Numbered from the stretch's first letter, positions 20,062-31,235 are shown. The stretch: DNA of 64,000 nucleotides from Spirochaetia bacterium (GCA_965225855.1 CBDDCK010000005.1:1216001-1280000), one strand, 5' to 3'. The notes: generated by a model not told the origin, from the letters alone. Translations and numbers: made by a program.

Positions 20062-20769
20062 TTGAGGAAATTAATTATTTTTATTGGCTTGATTGTGATA
20101 GCCGCTGCTTTAACTTGGTATGTTTCCACAAACAATATTATTAGTTTAGAAAGCATTAAAAACTTTGTAAATACTTACAAAACAGCGATAGACAACAACC
20201 TTGTTCTCTACTCTATTATATTTTTTGTAGTATATATATTAATGGTCTCTTTATCCATACCGGGTGCCGTGTTCTTTACTTTGTTAGGGGGTGCTTTATT
20301 TGGTGTGGTATGGGGCAGCGTATTGGTATCTTTTGCCAGTAGCCTAGGGGCAACCATCATATTTATCATTTCGCGCTATTTATTTTCGGACCTATTCCGC
20401 AATAAGTTCCCACAGTTTGCCGAATCAATGGATAGGCGCATTCAACAAGATGGGCCGGCCTATATATTGACGCTGCGCCTAATACCTACCATCCCATTTT
20501 TTGTTATTAATGTTGTCTCTGGCCTAACCGATATACCCATAATTAAATACTATATATACAGTCAAATCGGTATGCTGCCTGCAACTGTTTTGTATGTGAA
20601 TGCAGGCACCCAAATTAGCCAAATTCAAAACTTGCAAGATATTACAAGCCCCAAATTATTGTTATCATTGGCTATGTTGGGCCTATTGCCCATTGTAGTA
20701 AACCAAATATTCAAAATAATTTCCCGTAAAAGAAAAGCTGGTAGTCCAAATGCTCAAGACAAAGAATGA
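20062..20769 (+). CDS. TVP38/TMEM64 (DedA/VTT, YdjX-like) membrane protein
   Basis: SIPGAVFFTLLGGALFG, LRLIPTIPFFVIN, SQIGMLPAT. TTG start assumed. Confidence 0.88.
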   Translation: MRKLIIFIGLIVIAAALTWYVSTNNIISLESIKNFVNTYKTAIDNNLVLYSIIFFVVYILMVSLSIPGAVFFTLLGGALFGVVWGSVLVSFASSLGATIIFIISRYLFSDLFRNKFPQFAESMDRRIQQDGPAYILTLRLIPTIPFFVINVVSGLTDIPIIKYYIYSQIGMLPATVLYVNAGTQISQIQNLQDITSPKLLLSLAMLGLLPIVVNQIFKIISRKRKAGSPNAQDKE

Positions 20770-22195
20770 TGCCAATGTAATTGTGATTGGAGCTGGCAGT
20801 GCCGGTTTGATCAGCAGCTACATTGCCGCAGCCATCAAAGCCAAAGTAATTTTAATTGAACAACACAAAATGGGCGGTGATTGCCTCAATACAGGCTGTG
20901 TGCCCTCAAAAGCATTGATCGCAGCAGCAAAAGTGGCGCATATCCACCGCAAATCGCCAATATATGGCGTGGAATACGCCCTGCCTAAAATTTGCCAATC
21001 TAATGTGTTTGAGCATATCCACAAAACTATTAAAACCATTGCGCCCAATGATAGTGCCCAAAGGTACCAAAGCCTTGGTGTTGATGTTGTATCGGGCTGT
21101 GCCCAAATCTTAGACAAAAATACAGTACAAGTGGGCGATAAAATTTTACGCGCTAAGAAAATAATTATTGCCAGTGGCGCAGCCCCATTCATTCCAGCTA
21201 TTGAAGGCATTGAAACAATAGAATATCTCACCTCGGAAAATCTGTGGAATTTAGCCGAGCTGCCTAATTCTATGGCCATATTGGGCGGAGGCCCTATTGG
21301 CTGTGAGTTGGCCCAGGCATTTGCCCGTCTGGGAGTTTCGGTTACCCTGCTAGAAAGGTCAAAGCACCTGCTCAACAAGGAAGACCAAAATGTCCAAATA
21401 ATTGTAGAAGAAAACCTTCGTAGTGAAGGTATCCATTTGGTTGGCAATGTGGCGGTAACAAAGGTAGAAAAGCTTGGTAGCCAGCAAAGCTGGCAAATCA
21501 AAATTACCTCTTCTGCAGGGGAATTTGTTGTGGATAAAATCCTTATTGCAACAGGGCGCAAACCAAACACCCAAGGTTTTGGCTTAGAGCAATTGCTATT
21601 AAAATACAAAGCAAACGGCGGCATCTGGGTCAATCAATATATGGAAACCAATATCAAAGGCATATACGCTATTGGAGATGTACTCGGCCCGCCATACCAG
21701 TTTACCCATATCGCAGAATATCAAGCTGGGTATGCGGCTATCAACGCTTTGTTTGGGCAGCTCAAAAAATCAAAAGCATTATATAAAGCAGTTCCAGCCG
21801 TTACATTTACCGACCCAGAAGTGGCCCGCGTTGGCCTCAATGAAAAACAAGCAGATAAAAACAATATTGCCTACGATGTGTCTATATTGCATTTTGATGA
21901 TTTAGATAGAGCGATTGCCGATCAAGATACCAAAGGCTTCCTCAAAGTTCTTACTCCCAAAGGCAAGGATAAAATCCTAGGAGCTACGATTGTTGCTAGC
22001 CGTGCTGGGGAAATGCTGGCTGAATTTACCTTAGCCATGGAACACGATATTGGCTTAAACAAAATTTTAGGGACTATTCACCCATACCCCAGCTATTCAA
22101 GCGCAGCAAAATTAGTTGCAGGAAGGTGGAAAAAAATGACAACACCGCAATGGGTTTTTCCTATTTTGGAAAAGTTCCATAATATTTCCCGATAA
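20750..22195 (+). CDS. Pyridine nucleotide-disulphide oxidoreductase (Lpd/MerA-like)
   Basis: GAGSAG, redox motif GGDCLNTGCVPSK, GGGPIGCE, IHPYPS. No MerA C-terminal Cys-Cys pair. Confidence 0.9.
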   Translation: MLKTKNDANVIVIGAGSAGLISSYIAAAIKAKVILIEQHKMGGDCLNTGCVPSKALIAAAKVAHIHRKSPIYGVEYALPKICQSNVFEHIHKTIKTIAPNDSAQRYQSLGVDVVSGCAQILDKNTVQVGDKILRAKKIIIASGAAPFIPAIEGIETIEYLTSENLWNLAELPNSMAILGGGPIGCELAQAFARLGVSVTLLERSKHLLNKEDQNVQIIVEENLRSEGIHLVGNVAVTKVEKLGSQQSWQIKITSSAGEFVVDKILIATGRKPNTQGFGLEQLLLKYKANGGIWVNQYMETNIKGIYAIGDVLGPPYQFTHIAEYQAGYAAINALFGQLKKSKALYKAVPAVTFTDPEVARVGLNEKQADKNNIAYDVSILHFDDLDRAIADQDTKGFLKVLTPKGKDKILGATIVASRAGEMLAEFTLAMEHDIGLNKILGTIHPYPSYSSAAKLVAGRWKKMTTPQWVFPILEKFHNISR

Positions 22196-22201
22196 AAAAT
22201 T

Positions 22202-23410
22202 TTGAATATTCTACTGATGTTAGGCAAAAAAATCTTACCAGCAATTATTTTATTATTGCTTTCAAATACAGGGTTTATTCAAGCTCAAGACTGGGATACA
22301 GTAGTCCAAAATGCAAAAGGGCAAACGGTTTACTTTCACGCTTGGGGAGGCAACCAGTCCATCAATCAATATTTGCAGTGGGTTGGCAAACAGTTGCAAA
22401 TACGATACAAAGTGCAGCTAAAGCATGTCAAAATTACCGATACAGCGATTTCGGTGAATCGGATTTTGTCGGAAAAAAGAGCTGGGCTGTACTCAAACGG
22501 CAGTGTTGATGCTATTTGGGTGAACGGTGAAAATTTTAAAACTCTCAAAGAAAATGATTTATTGCATGATAATTTTATTTCCACCTTGCCCAATAATCAA
22601 TATCTGGATTATGAAAATAAGCCATTAACCAAAGATTTTACCCTAGATACCGATGGCAAAGAAGTCCCTTGGGGTACAGCCCAATTGGTATTTTTTTATG
22701 ACAGTGCAACCGTTGCCAATGCACCAAAGTCAGCACAAGAATTACTGGCATGGTCAAAAGCACATAAAGGGAAATTTACCTACCCCAAACCTCCTGAATT
22801 TCATGGAATCACGTTTGTAAAACAAATATTACTATCTTTGAATTACCATGACTTAGCTGTATTTCAAAAACCAGTAAAATCGGTTCTATATAAAAAATAT
22901 ACCCAGAAAGTATGGCAATATTTCGATCAGTTACACCCCAATTTATGGCGCAACGGCAAGGCATTTCCCAAAAACTCTGCAGCGTTAATATCTTTGCTAG
23001 ACCAAGGGATTATTGATATTGCCATCAGTTTCAACCCTTATGAAGCAGCCAACCAAGTTCTCAATGGCTTACTACCACCCACCATTCGCACATACACTTG
23101 GGATACAGGTAGCGTGGGCAATATACATTTTATTGCGATTCCCTTTAATACTTCCTCAAGTGCCGGTGCAAAAGTACTGGCCAATTTTTTAATTTCACCA
23201 GAAGCACAAGCACGCAAAGCAAACCCGAAATATTGGGGCGACCCTACTGTTTTAAACCAAGCAATTTTGCCACAAAAGGAATCTGCCCTATTTAACCAAC
23301 TAGAATATAGCCAAGTTGCACCTAAATTTTTACACAAAACCCTAGCCGAACCCGACCCCAGCTGGGTTGAGGTACTAGAGTTAGAGTGGCTACAACGATA
23401 TTCTCAATAA
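22202..23410 (+). CDS. ynjB: YnjB-like ABC transporter substrate-binding protein
   Basis: GQTVYFHAWGG, WVNGENF, FTYPKPPEFHGITF, ANFLISPEAQARK, WGDPTVL. Confidence 0.85.
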   Translation: MNILLMLGKKILPAIILLLLSNTGFIQAQDWDTVVQNAKGQTVYFHAWGGNQSINQYLQWVGKQLQIRYKVQLKHVKITDTAISVNRILSEKRAGLYSNGSVDAIWVNGENFKTLKENDLLHDNFISTLPNNQYLDYENKPLTKDFTLDTDGKEVPWGTAQLVFFYDSATVANAPKSAQELLAWSKAHKGKFTYPKPPEFHGITFVKQILLSLNYHDLAVFQKPVKSVLYKKYTQKVWQYFDQLHPNLWRNGKAFPKNSAALISLLDQGIIDIAISFNPYEAANQVLNGLLPPTIRTYTWDTGSVGNIHFIAIPFNTSSSAGAKVLANFLISPEAQARKANPKYWGDPTVLNQAILPQKESALFNQLEYSQVAPKFLHKTLAEPDPSWVEVLELEWLQRYSQ

Positions 23411-23499
23411 TTGAGTCTCAATAAAAATTTTCAAAGCATTAAATGAATAAAAGCTTAGCTCGATAAATTTCTAGTATTTTTCCAAGCTCTCCTTAAACA

Positions 23500-25134
23500 A
23501 TGATCTACTTTTTGATTATCGCAATTCCTATTTTTTTGCCAGTGCTGATTGGTTTTTATTTAGCATTAGAACCTTTCTCTCAAAAAATCATTGTCAATAA
23601 CATTTTTGATGGGATTATCCAACAAGTCTTAGAATACCCTACTTTTTATCCTTCACTGCTAAACACCGTTTGTGTTGTGATTAGCTCTACCACATTGTTG
23701 TTTATCTTAACATTTTGCATTAATGCTTATGTATATAACTCTAAATTTTGGCGTTACCTAGAGCGAAATTTACCCATTCTCTTAGCGTGCCCACACGTAT
23801 CTATGGCCATTGGTTTTTCATTTTTGCTCTCCCCTTCTGGCTGGCTTGTGCGCTTATTCAATTTTGAGAGCCCCTTAAATTTCCAAACCATTAATGACCC
23901 TTATGGTTTGAGTTTAATCAGCTTTTTTGTAGTAAAAGAATTGCCATTTATGCTGTTTATGTCTATTATTCCACTAAATAGCCCAGAAGTGAAGCAAATG
24001 TACTTAACTTCTTTGACTATGGGATATAGCCATATTCGCACTTGGATATACGTTATTTACCCATATATCCGCACAAAATTGATGTTGCCACTGTTGATTG
24101 TCGCTGCCTATATTGCCGGCAATGTAGATGTTTCAGCTATCTTAGGTATGAATTTACCTCCGGTATTTAGTGTGGTGATGTTTGATTGGCTTTTAGATGC
24201 CAATACTACTTTTCATGGCTATGCTGGGTTTGGCTTTTTGGTTTTATTACTCAGCTTTTTGTTTTTATGGTTTAGTCTAGCACTACTGCAATATGGTATA
24301 AAATTATTGCGCAATCATCTAACTTGTTATTATTTCTATACAAAGAAAACAAAATACGATATGGTGATTACATGGATTGCCAGAATATCTCTTATCGCAG
24401 TTTTTATTATTAGCCTTTTTTCCCTACTATCCAATTTTGTTTGGTCATTCACAGGCCGCTGGAAATTCCCCCACAGCTTACCCACAAAATATACCTTGCG
24501 GATATGGCAAGATAACTGGGAACTAATTTTTGAGTCCATGCTAACTACCATTGCTATCGGTGGAATTGCCACCATGTTATCGTTGCTAACCATACTGATA
24601 TTGCTAGAAAGCATTGCTACATTGCCCCCACAAATCAAAAAAATAATAACGATACTGTTTCTTGTTTTATTATTGATGCCGCAAATCATGGTGTCCTACG
24701 GAATTTCTGCTTTATTTTTAAGAGCCAGAATCACCAATTATTTTTGTACAACACTATATGTTCATTGCTTGTATTCCATGGCTTATATGCATTTCATATT
24801 ACATCCTGCTTTTGAACAATACCCCAGTAACTACAGCCATGCTTCTTTGCTATTAGGGAAATCCCGCATAAAAACTTTTTTACAAATTAAAATGGGGCTT
24901 ATGGCCAAACCTTTAATTATTGCCAGTGTTATTGGCTTTAGCGTCAGTATCGCTCAATATATCCCTACTCTATTTTTAGGGAGTGGACGCATTACTACTT
25001 TGCCTATTGAAACAATCTCTGTATTTTATGGTTCTGACCGCAGGTTAATGGGTGCTTATGGTTTGCTACTCACCATTATCCCATGGTGTGCATTGATCAT
25101 TTCTTTATGGCTTGTCCATAAAAAAAGGAATTAG
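23500..25134 (+). CDS. ynjC: YnjC-like ABC transporter permease (two fused permease domains)
   Basis: LLACPHVSMAIG, FLLSPSGWLVR, KELPF, FSVSIAQYIPTL; gene context. Confidence 0.8.
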   Translation: MIYFLIIAIPIFLPVLIGFYLALEPFSQKIIVNNIFDGIIQQVLEYPTFYPSLLNTVCVVISSTTLLFILTFCINAYVYNSKFWRYLERNLPILLACPHVSMAIGFSFLLSPSGWLVRLFNFESPLNFQTINDPYGLSLISFFVVKELPFMLFMSIIPLNSPEVKQMYLTSLTMGYSHIRTWIYVIYPYIRTKLMLPLLIVAAYIAGNVDVSAILGMNLPPVFSVVMFDWLLDANTTFHGYAGFGFLVLLLSFLFLWFSLALLQYGIKLLRNHLTCYYFYTKKTKYDMVITWIARISLIAVFIISLFSLLSNFVWSFTGRWKFPHSLPTKYTLRIWQDNWELIFESMLTTIAIGGIATMLSLLTILILLESIATLPPQIKKIITILFLVLLLMPQIMVSYGISALFLRARITNYFCTTLYVHCLYSMAYMHFILHPAFEQYPSNYSHASLLLGKSRIKTFLQIKMGLMAKPLIIASVIGFSVSIAQYIPTLFLGSGRITTLPIETISVFYGSDRRLMGAYGLLLTIIPWCALIISLWLVHKKRN

Positions 25135-25145
25135 AAGGAATTAGA

Positions 25146-25808
25146 TTGTTAGTTTTGGAAAACGTTACAATTGCTCATAATACAGCAAACCAACGATCGG
25201 TATTGCTCGATAATGTAACGATAGCCGTCCAGCCCAAAGAAATTTTTGTGATTATGGGTGAAAGCGGTATAGGCAAGACCACTTTATTAAATTATATAAC
25301 GGGCATACTCGATACAAAACAATTTACAGCACAAGGCCGCATCATATTAAATGGAATAGATATAACCAACTTTCCTATCAATAAACGCAATATCAGCATG
25401 GTATTCCAAGAGAATATGTTATTCCCTCACATGACGATAAAACAAAACTTGTATTTTGCCCTGCCCAATGGTCTATCGGCAGGCGAAAAAAAGCAACGCG
25501 TTGACAATGCCGTTGCTCGTGCCAAAATCACGGGGCTCGAACAATCTTACCCTGAGCAAATCTCAGGAGGCCAAAAATCTCGCGTTAGTGTACTCCGTTC
25601 ATTACTGGCAAATCCAAAATGTTTGTTATTAGATGAACCATTTTCCGCACTAGATTTGCAGTTGCGAGAAAGCTTCCGTCAATTTGTTTTTGAACAAATT
25701 GACAAAATCAATATCCCCGTAATTATTGTTACACACGATTATGATGATGTTCCCCCCGAGGCTAAGATTTTAAATATTTACCACAAGGAGCAAAGCAATG
25801 TTAGATAA
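25146..25808 (+). CDS. ynjD: YnjD-like ABC transporter ATP-binding protein
   Basis: GESGIGKTT, ISGGQKSRV, LLDEPFSALD; gene context. Confidence 0.82.
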   Translation: MLVLENVTIAHNTANQRSVLLDNVTIAVQPKEIFVIMGESGIGKTTLLNYITGILDTKQFTAQGRIILNGIDITNFPINKRNISMVFQENMLFPHMTIKQNLYFALPNGLSAGEKKQRVDNAVARAKITGLEQSYPEQISGGQKSRVSVLRSLLANPKCLLLDEPFSALDLQLRESFRQFVFEQIDKINIPVIIVTHDYDDVPPEAKILNIYHKEQSNVR

Positions 25809-26436
25809 ACATACTTATAAAATTTCCCAAATAGCACTGCGGCCCGTAGCTTTTCGCTTGCATAAATGGGCTATTCCAGCAGACCATATAACGATTGCGG
25901 GCTTTATTTTTGGTATAGCCTGCATAGGTTTTGTGTCTACGGGCTTGTACTATTTGGCATTGCCCGCACTGATTGTAAACAGAATTTTAGATGGCTTGGA
26001 CGGAGCTTTAGCTAGAATGAATGGCACAACCCTTGCCGGTGGTTTCCTAGACATTACGTTAGATTTTCTATTTTATTCGGGCTTTGTGTTTAGTTTTGGC
26101 TTATCTCAGAGGCATTTTTTATTACCAGCTATAGTATTATTGTTTTCATTCTTTGGCACGGGCATCAGTTTTTTAGCCTTTGCCAGTTTAGCTGCCAAGT
26201 ATAATTTACAAAGCCCACAGTATCCCAATAAATCTCTATATTATATGGGTGGGTTAACCGAAGGCACAGAAACCATTGCCATATTTATTTTTATGGTTCT
26301 GTTTCCCCCATATTTTGCCTTAATGGCATACTTATTTGCTATGTTGTGTTTTATTACAACCGCAGGCCGTATTGTGTTTGGCTACCAAAACTTGCGTAGG
26401 CTAGAAACAAAATACCCCAAGCAAAAAGGGGGATAA
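25798..26436 (+). CDS. ynjF: CDP-alcohol phosphatidyltransferase family protein (YnjF-like)
   Basis: Signature DGLDGALAR...GGFLDITLD; GGLTEGTET. Confidence 0.88.
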   Translation: MLDKHTYKISQIALRPVAFRLHKWAIPADHITIAGFIFGIACIGFVSTGLYYLALPALIVNRILDGLDGALARMNGTTLAGGFLDITLDFLFYSGFVFSFGLSQRHFLLPAIVLLFSFFGTGISFLAFASLAAKYNLQSPQYPNKSLYYMGGLTEGTETIAIFIFMVLFPPYFALMAYLFAMLCFITTAGRIVFGYQNLRRLETKYPKQKGG

Positions 26437-26699
26437 GGGAATAGATGGGATAGTATCTCATAAATATTATGCGCCCAATTGAGCGTGCACTGTACTATAT
26501 CTACATTACAAAAATTGTCAATGAAAATGTATACGATAGAAAATAATCAAACAAACACGTTAGCATTGACCGCTTTTAGAAAAGAGCGTACTCAATATGA
26601 AAATTTCAAAGCTCATTGCATTTGCCGAATCACTTGATGAGAAGCAATCTCCACAGTACAAATTGCTGAAAAATTATCATTTTTAGGAGAATACAATTT

Positions 26700-28016
26700 A
26701 TGGAAAACAAACAACAACAAATTTGGGGCGGACGTTTTGCTGCTTTGCCCAGCGAAATTATGCAGCAAATCAATGAGTCCATAAGTATTGACCAGCGACT
26801 TTACTGCGAAGATATAGAAGGTTCGTTAGCCCATGTTGCCATGCTTGCCAAGCAAAACATTATTAAAGATGCAGAAGCTGAAGAAATTGCCAAAGGGTTG
26901 AAAAAAATCCAGCAAGAGCTTGAACAAGGCCAGTTTGCTTTTTACAGTGAACTAGAAGATATTCACATGCATATTGAAACCCGTTTAGCAGAGTTAATAG
27001 GCCCTGTGGCCGGTAAATTGCATACCGGGCGTTCACGCAATGACCAAGTAGCTACCGATTTTCGGCTTTGGGTACGCCGCCATTGCAATCTGGTATTAGA
27101 CGAAATCGCCAATTTGCAGCAGGCCCTAGAGCAACAGAAAATGGCCAACAGCCAGACCATTATGCCCGGTTTTACCCACTTACAAGTGGCCATGCCCGTA
27201 ACTTTTGCCCAGCATTTAGATGTCTACTGCCAAATGTTGCTGCGCGATGCGGGGCGCATTCGCGATTGCCGAGAACGGCTCAACCAATGTCCACTAGGTG
27301 CCGGTGCATTGGCCGGTAGTAGCTATCCTTTAGACCGCCAGTTTACCGCTGTACAGTTAGGTTTTACCCAAGTTATGCCCAACACCATGGATGCTGTTTC
27401 GGACCGCGATTTTGCGTTGGAATATCTTAGTGCCCTAAGTATTTTGACCATACATCTTTCCCGCTTGGGTGAAGAATTAGTACTGTGGTCATCTTACCAA
27501 TTTCGGTTTGTGCAAATTGCCGATGAATTTACCACTGGTAGCTCCATGATGCCACAGAAGCGTAACCCCGATGCCGCAGAATTGTTGCGCGCTAAAGCAG
27601 GGCATGTCATTGCCCAACTGACTCAATTATTGATAGTACTCAAAGGCCTTCCACTAACATACTCCAAAGATATGCAAGACGATAAAAAACCGGTTTTTGA
27701 AGCTACGGATACCATCGTTTTGTGCTTGCGAGCTGCAACGGGCATGATTGCAGGATTAAAGGTAAACAAAGAAGCTATGTTTCGTGCTGTGCAGGAAGGC
27801 TACGCCAATGCCACGTATCTGGCTGATTGGTTGGTACAGCAAACCAGCACGCCTTTCCGTCAAGCTCATCATATTGTTGGTTCTATAGTAGCCCGCGCTG
27901 AAAAACTAGAGCTCAAGTTAGAAGAACTGCCTTTAGAGGAATTCCAAGCGATAGAGCCTAAAATTGACCATCGCATCTATCAAGCTTTGGCTTACAATGC
28001 CCAACGGTGCAGCTAA
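26700..28016 (+). CDS. argH: Argininosuccinate lyase
   Basis: WGGRF, EDIHMHIE, LHTGRSRNDQV, TGSSMMPQKRNPD. Confidence 0.96.
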   Translation: MENKQQQIWGGRFAALPSEIMQQINESISIDQRLYCEDIEGSLAHVAMLAKQNIIKDAEAEEIAKGLKKIQQELEQGQFAFYSELEDIHMHIETRLAELIGPVAGKLHTGRSRNDQVATDFRLWVRRHCNLVLDEIANLQQALEQQKMANSQTIMPGFTHLQVAMPVTFAQHLDVYCQMLLRDAGRIRDCRERLNQCPLGAGALAGSSYPLDRQFTAVQLGFTQVMPNTMDAVSDRDFALEYLSALSILTIHLSRLGEELVLWSSYQFRFVQIADEFTTGSSMMPQKRNPDAAELLRAKAGHVIAQLTQLLIVLKGLPLTYSKDMQDDKKPVFEATDTIVLCLRAATGMIAGLKVNKEAMFRAVQEGYANATYLADWLVQQTSTPFRQAHHIVGSIVARAEKLELKLEELPLEEFQAIEPKIDHRIYQALAYNAQRCS

Positions 28017-28529
28017 GAAATCTCATTCATGATCTAACCATTGCAGTCCATAAACTTTATGCCTCTACAAAAATATTTCTTTGTTTATTGTTGTTTGCCT
28101 GTGAAGATGATGATAAACGATTAGACATTTATAATACCAGTTGATCTGGCAAAGACTATCGTGGAGAAATCATCAAGTTGGAATTTGACAGTCGTACTGA
28201 AGCTACAATTAATTACTATAATAATTCAATTTCTACATAGCCTCTTATCAATACGATACTCGCAGACTACAAGGCAACATTGCTATACAGCAATTCAATT
28301 TCAGCCTTTCGCCACCAAAAGATATAACGTGGTTATTTACAGTTAGCCCAGAGCATATAGCTTTAATGCTCGATTATTTTGGCCGCCCCTATTATGCCGG
28401 TAGTAAATTTAATAGCAAGCTCTTACAAACCAATTTGACTAAAGAGTAAGCAATATTTGCTATTGAAATATTTTACTATTTTCACTATAAACAGGGCAAA
28501 TTTGCCATAGTTGGAGTGAAAAATACTAG

Positions 28530-29672
28530 ATGGATCAAGAATTGTCTTTAGTGTTGATAGCCTGCCCTGGAGGGCAGTCATTTGCAAAAAAAATTGACCA
28601 ATACTTATATTCGCGTTATATCAATAAAACATCAAGCGAGGAAGAGAAGATCGATTTTAAAAGTTTCCTTATGCCCTGTGAACATACTGTTTTTGCAAAT
28701 GGGGAAATAAAAGCAAATGTTGGCTCATCGATAAGAGGTAAGAATGTTTTTATTATTCAAGATGTAGCCAATAACCAACCAATTTATGTTGGTGACAAAA
28801 TGCACCGCTTTTCCATTAACGACCATCTTCTGTCTTTATTTGTAACGCTAGATGCAGTACGCAGTAGTGATGCAGACCAAATTTCTTTAGTTTTGCCCTA
28901 TTTTCCTTACAGTCGCCAGCACGTACGCAAAGGGCGTGAAAGTTTAACCGCCGCACGTATTGCGTGCCAATTAGAAGATTTGGGTGCCAATCGCGTTATT
29001 ACGTTAGATATTCACTGTAAAGAAATTGAAAATGCTTTCCGCAAAACCAATTTGGAAAATTTGCATGCATCGTACCAAATTGTGCGCGAATTACTGTATA
29101 AAGTTGGGCGTGTCGGGCGCAAAAACTTGATGGTTGTTTCTCCAGATTTAGGTGGTATGGGGCGCAATCGTTTTTTTGCCAACATCTTGGGTTACCGCTT
29201 AGGCACTATCTATAAAGAACGCGATTACGGCCATATTTCTATGAATGCAGAGGATACCAATATCATCAATATGCGCTTACTCGGCGATGTACAAGGTGCT
29301 ATTGTTTTCATTGCCGATGATATAATCGATACGGGCGGTACTATGATTAAAGCTATGCGTACTTTAAAAAAGCATGGGGCTAAAGATATTATCTTGGGTA
29401 TTTCATTTCCCATGTTTAACGGCAATGCTGTTGAACATTTTGATAAAGCTTATGAAGATGGCTTGTTCTCTTGTTTAATTGGTACTAACGGCATAATGTT
29501 ATCCCCTGAAGTTTTGGCCAAACCATGGTTTCACGAAGCTGATGTCTCCAAGTTCTTGAGTGAGATTATCGACAGGATTTATCATAATGAATCAATAACG
29601 CATTTGCTAGATAATAGGAAAATGGTCCAACGCTTGTATTCCCGCCACCCTAACCTAGCACAAGAAAATTAG
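28530..29672 (+). CDS. prs: Ribose-phosphate pyrophosphokinase
   Basis: FANGEIK, PYFPYSRQH, VSPDLGG, ADDIIDTGGT. Confidence 0.92.
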   Translation: MDQELSLVLIACPGGQSFAKKIDQYLYSRYINKTSSEEEKIDFKSFLMPCEHTVFANGEIKANVGSSIRGKNVFIIQDVANNQPIYVGDKMHRFSINDHLLSLFVTLDAVRSSDADQISLVLPYFPYSRQHVRKGRESLTAARIACQLEDLGANRVITLDIHCKEIENAFRKTNLENLHASYQIVRELLYKVGRVGRKNLMVVSPDLGGMGRNRFFANILGYRLGTIYKERDYGHISMNAEDTNIINMRLLGDVQGAIVFIADDIIDTGGTMIKAMRTLKKHGAKDIILGISFPMFNGNAVEHFDKAYEDGLFSCLIGTNGIMLSPEVLAKPWFHEADVSKFLSEIIDRIYHNESITHLLDNRKMVQRLYSRHPNLAQEN

Positions 29673-29762
29673 ATAATTTGCAAGTATGCTGAATCCTGTA
29701 ATAAAGAGCTTACTATCCATAGTGTTTTTTGCAATTGGATCCCATGAAACCTTAGTTGCACT

Positions 29763-31235
29763 TTGGGGGTGCTTTTGCTTTTAGCCTGTGATATTGGCAG
29801 TAGTTATACTAAGGTAGCTTTATTAAATGGCCCAAAGTCTGGCCATGATATTATTCACGCAAGCTATAGTAAATACCTACCATTGGAACAACAGAATCGG
29901 TTAGTATGGCAGCAACTAATTCATAATATAGGCTGTATCTTAGCCAAGCATACGGACGTAACTATAGAGGCTTTCTGCCTTTCTAGCCATGGACCTAGTC
30001 TGATTGCTATTGATGATATGGGCAAACCAATCGCTAGCCCCAATAATCCTATACACCGTATTCACCCCAGTAATAGATTAAGACAACAGGCTGAAGACGC
30101 CCAATTCTGTTTAGGTACTTCTTATTATATGCCTTTGGCGCGCTCTATGTGGTCCCTATTTAGCTATGAGCAACGCAGCCGTGTGGCTTGTATTTTACCA
30201 CCAGCCAACTATATTTGTTACCTGCTTACTGGGGTTGCTTGTGTGCCCATACCAGAACACTATGCAAAATTTTATTGGCCTTGCACTGTGGGGCATCCGT
30301 TAGACCATGATTTCTGCCATTTACTGCCCAAGCTAAGGCAATTGAGTGAGTGCGTTGGCTATGTGCAAGCTAGCCATGCCCTTGGTTCGCTATTGCAAGG
30401 GGCTCCAGTCTTTTGCCCGGGAGTGGATTTTTTTGCTGCAGAAGTGGGGCTCAACAGCAGTAGCTATAGCTTATTGCGCAATCGCACTGGTACATCTGAA
30501 GGTTTTAACCTAATGCTACCCCCATTACCTAGTACGGTGTTACAGAATATTCAGCTACCTAGTGGCTATTTCATTAACTACCATGTAATGAGCCAACGGC
30601 CCGTACTATCTTACATTCAAGAAGGTAGCGGCAAATTATTTGAACAGTTATTCCAAATTTGGTTAAAGCATGAGTCTGGCCAGGTAGAAACTTGGCAACA
30701 ACAAGAATATAACGAAGCAGATATGCAGCTATTTGGTACTTCCCACAGGCATAGCCAAAAAGGCATGATGTTACAGCAAATATTGGGTGAGCAGTCTATG
30801 CTAAAATTGACCCAAGCTAGCCAATTTGCCCAAGCTTTTGCCCGAAAAGGCCTACCCTATAGTGAGTTTTTAATAATAGTACAGCGTAAGATGGGCAAGC
30901 TGCCCTTTCGACAGCTTGGGCTATATACTATGCAGCTATTGGTGCACTATTTTAGCTTGCATTGCAAAGCCATGTTTGCTATTTACCAACAAATTACCGG
31001 CCAAGCACAATTGCCAGAGGAAGTGCTACTATCTGGTGGTCAAGGCCATTACCCTGATTGGTTGCAGTGGAAAGCAGACCATAGTGGAATTGCAATTCAT
31101 CAAACTTCTGTCCATGAAGCCGAGTTTATTGGAGCAGCAGCTATTTGCTATTATAAATTAGGATATTTTCCATCTTTAGAATATTCTAGCCAAAAATTTT
31201 TACGTATCAATAAAATATACAGACCACAACTATAG
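29763..31235 (+). CDS. FGGY family carbohydrate kinase (divergent, xylulokinase-like)
   Basis: DIGSSYTK, SSHGPSL, RTGTSE, LSGGQG, EAEFIGAA. Confidence 0.7.
   Translation: MGVLLLLACDIGSSYTKVALLNGPKSGHDIIHASYSKYLPLEQQNRLVWQQLIHNIGCILAKHTDVTIEAFCLSSHGPSLIAIDDMGKPIASPNNPIHRIHPSNRLRQQAEDAQFCLGTSYYMPLARSMWSLFSYEQRSRVACILPPANYICYLLTGVACVPIPEHYAKFYWPCTVGHPLDHDFCHLLPKLRQLSECVGYVQASHALGSLLQGAPVFCPGVDFFAAEVGLNSSSYSLLRNRTGTSEGFNLMLPPLPSTVLQNIQLPSGYFINYHVMSQRPVLSYIQEGSGKLFEQLFQIWLKHESGQVETWQQQEYNEADMQLFGTSHRHSQKGMMLQQILGEQSMLKLTQASQFAQAFARKGLPYSEFLIIVQRKMGKLPFRQLGLYTMQLLVHYFSLHCKAMFAIYQQITGQAQLPEEVLLSGGQGHYPDWLQWKADHSGIAIHQTSVHEAEFIGAAAICYYKLGYFPSLEYSSQKFLRINKIYRPQL

Noticed and set aside
20818..21633. 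271-aa minus-strand ORF
   Set aside because: It lies wholly antisense to a well-supported oxidoreductase and has no recognisable motifs.
20750..22195. Mercuric reductase merA
   Set aside because: No N-terminal metal-binding domain, no C-terminal Cys-Cys pair and no mer operon context.
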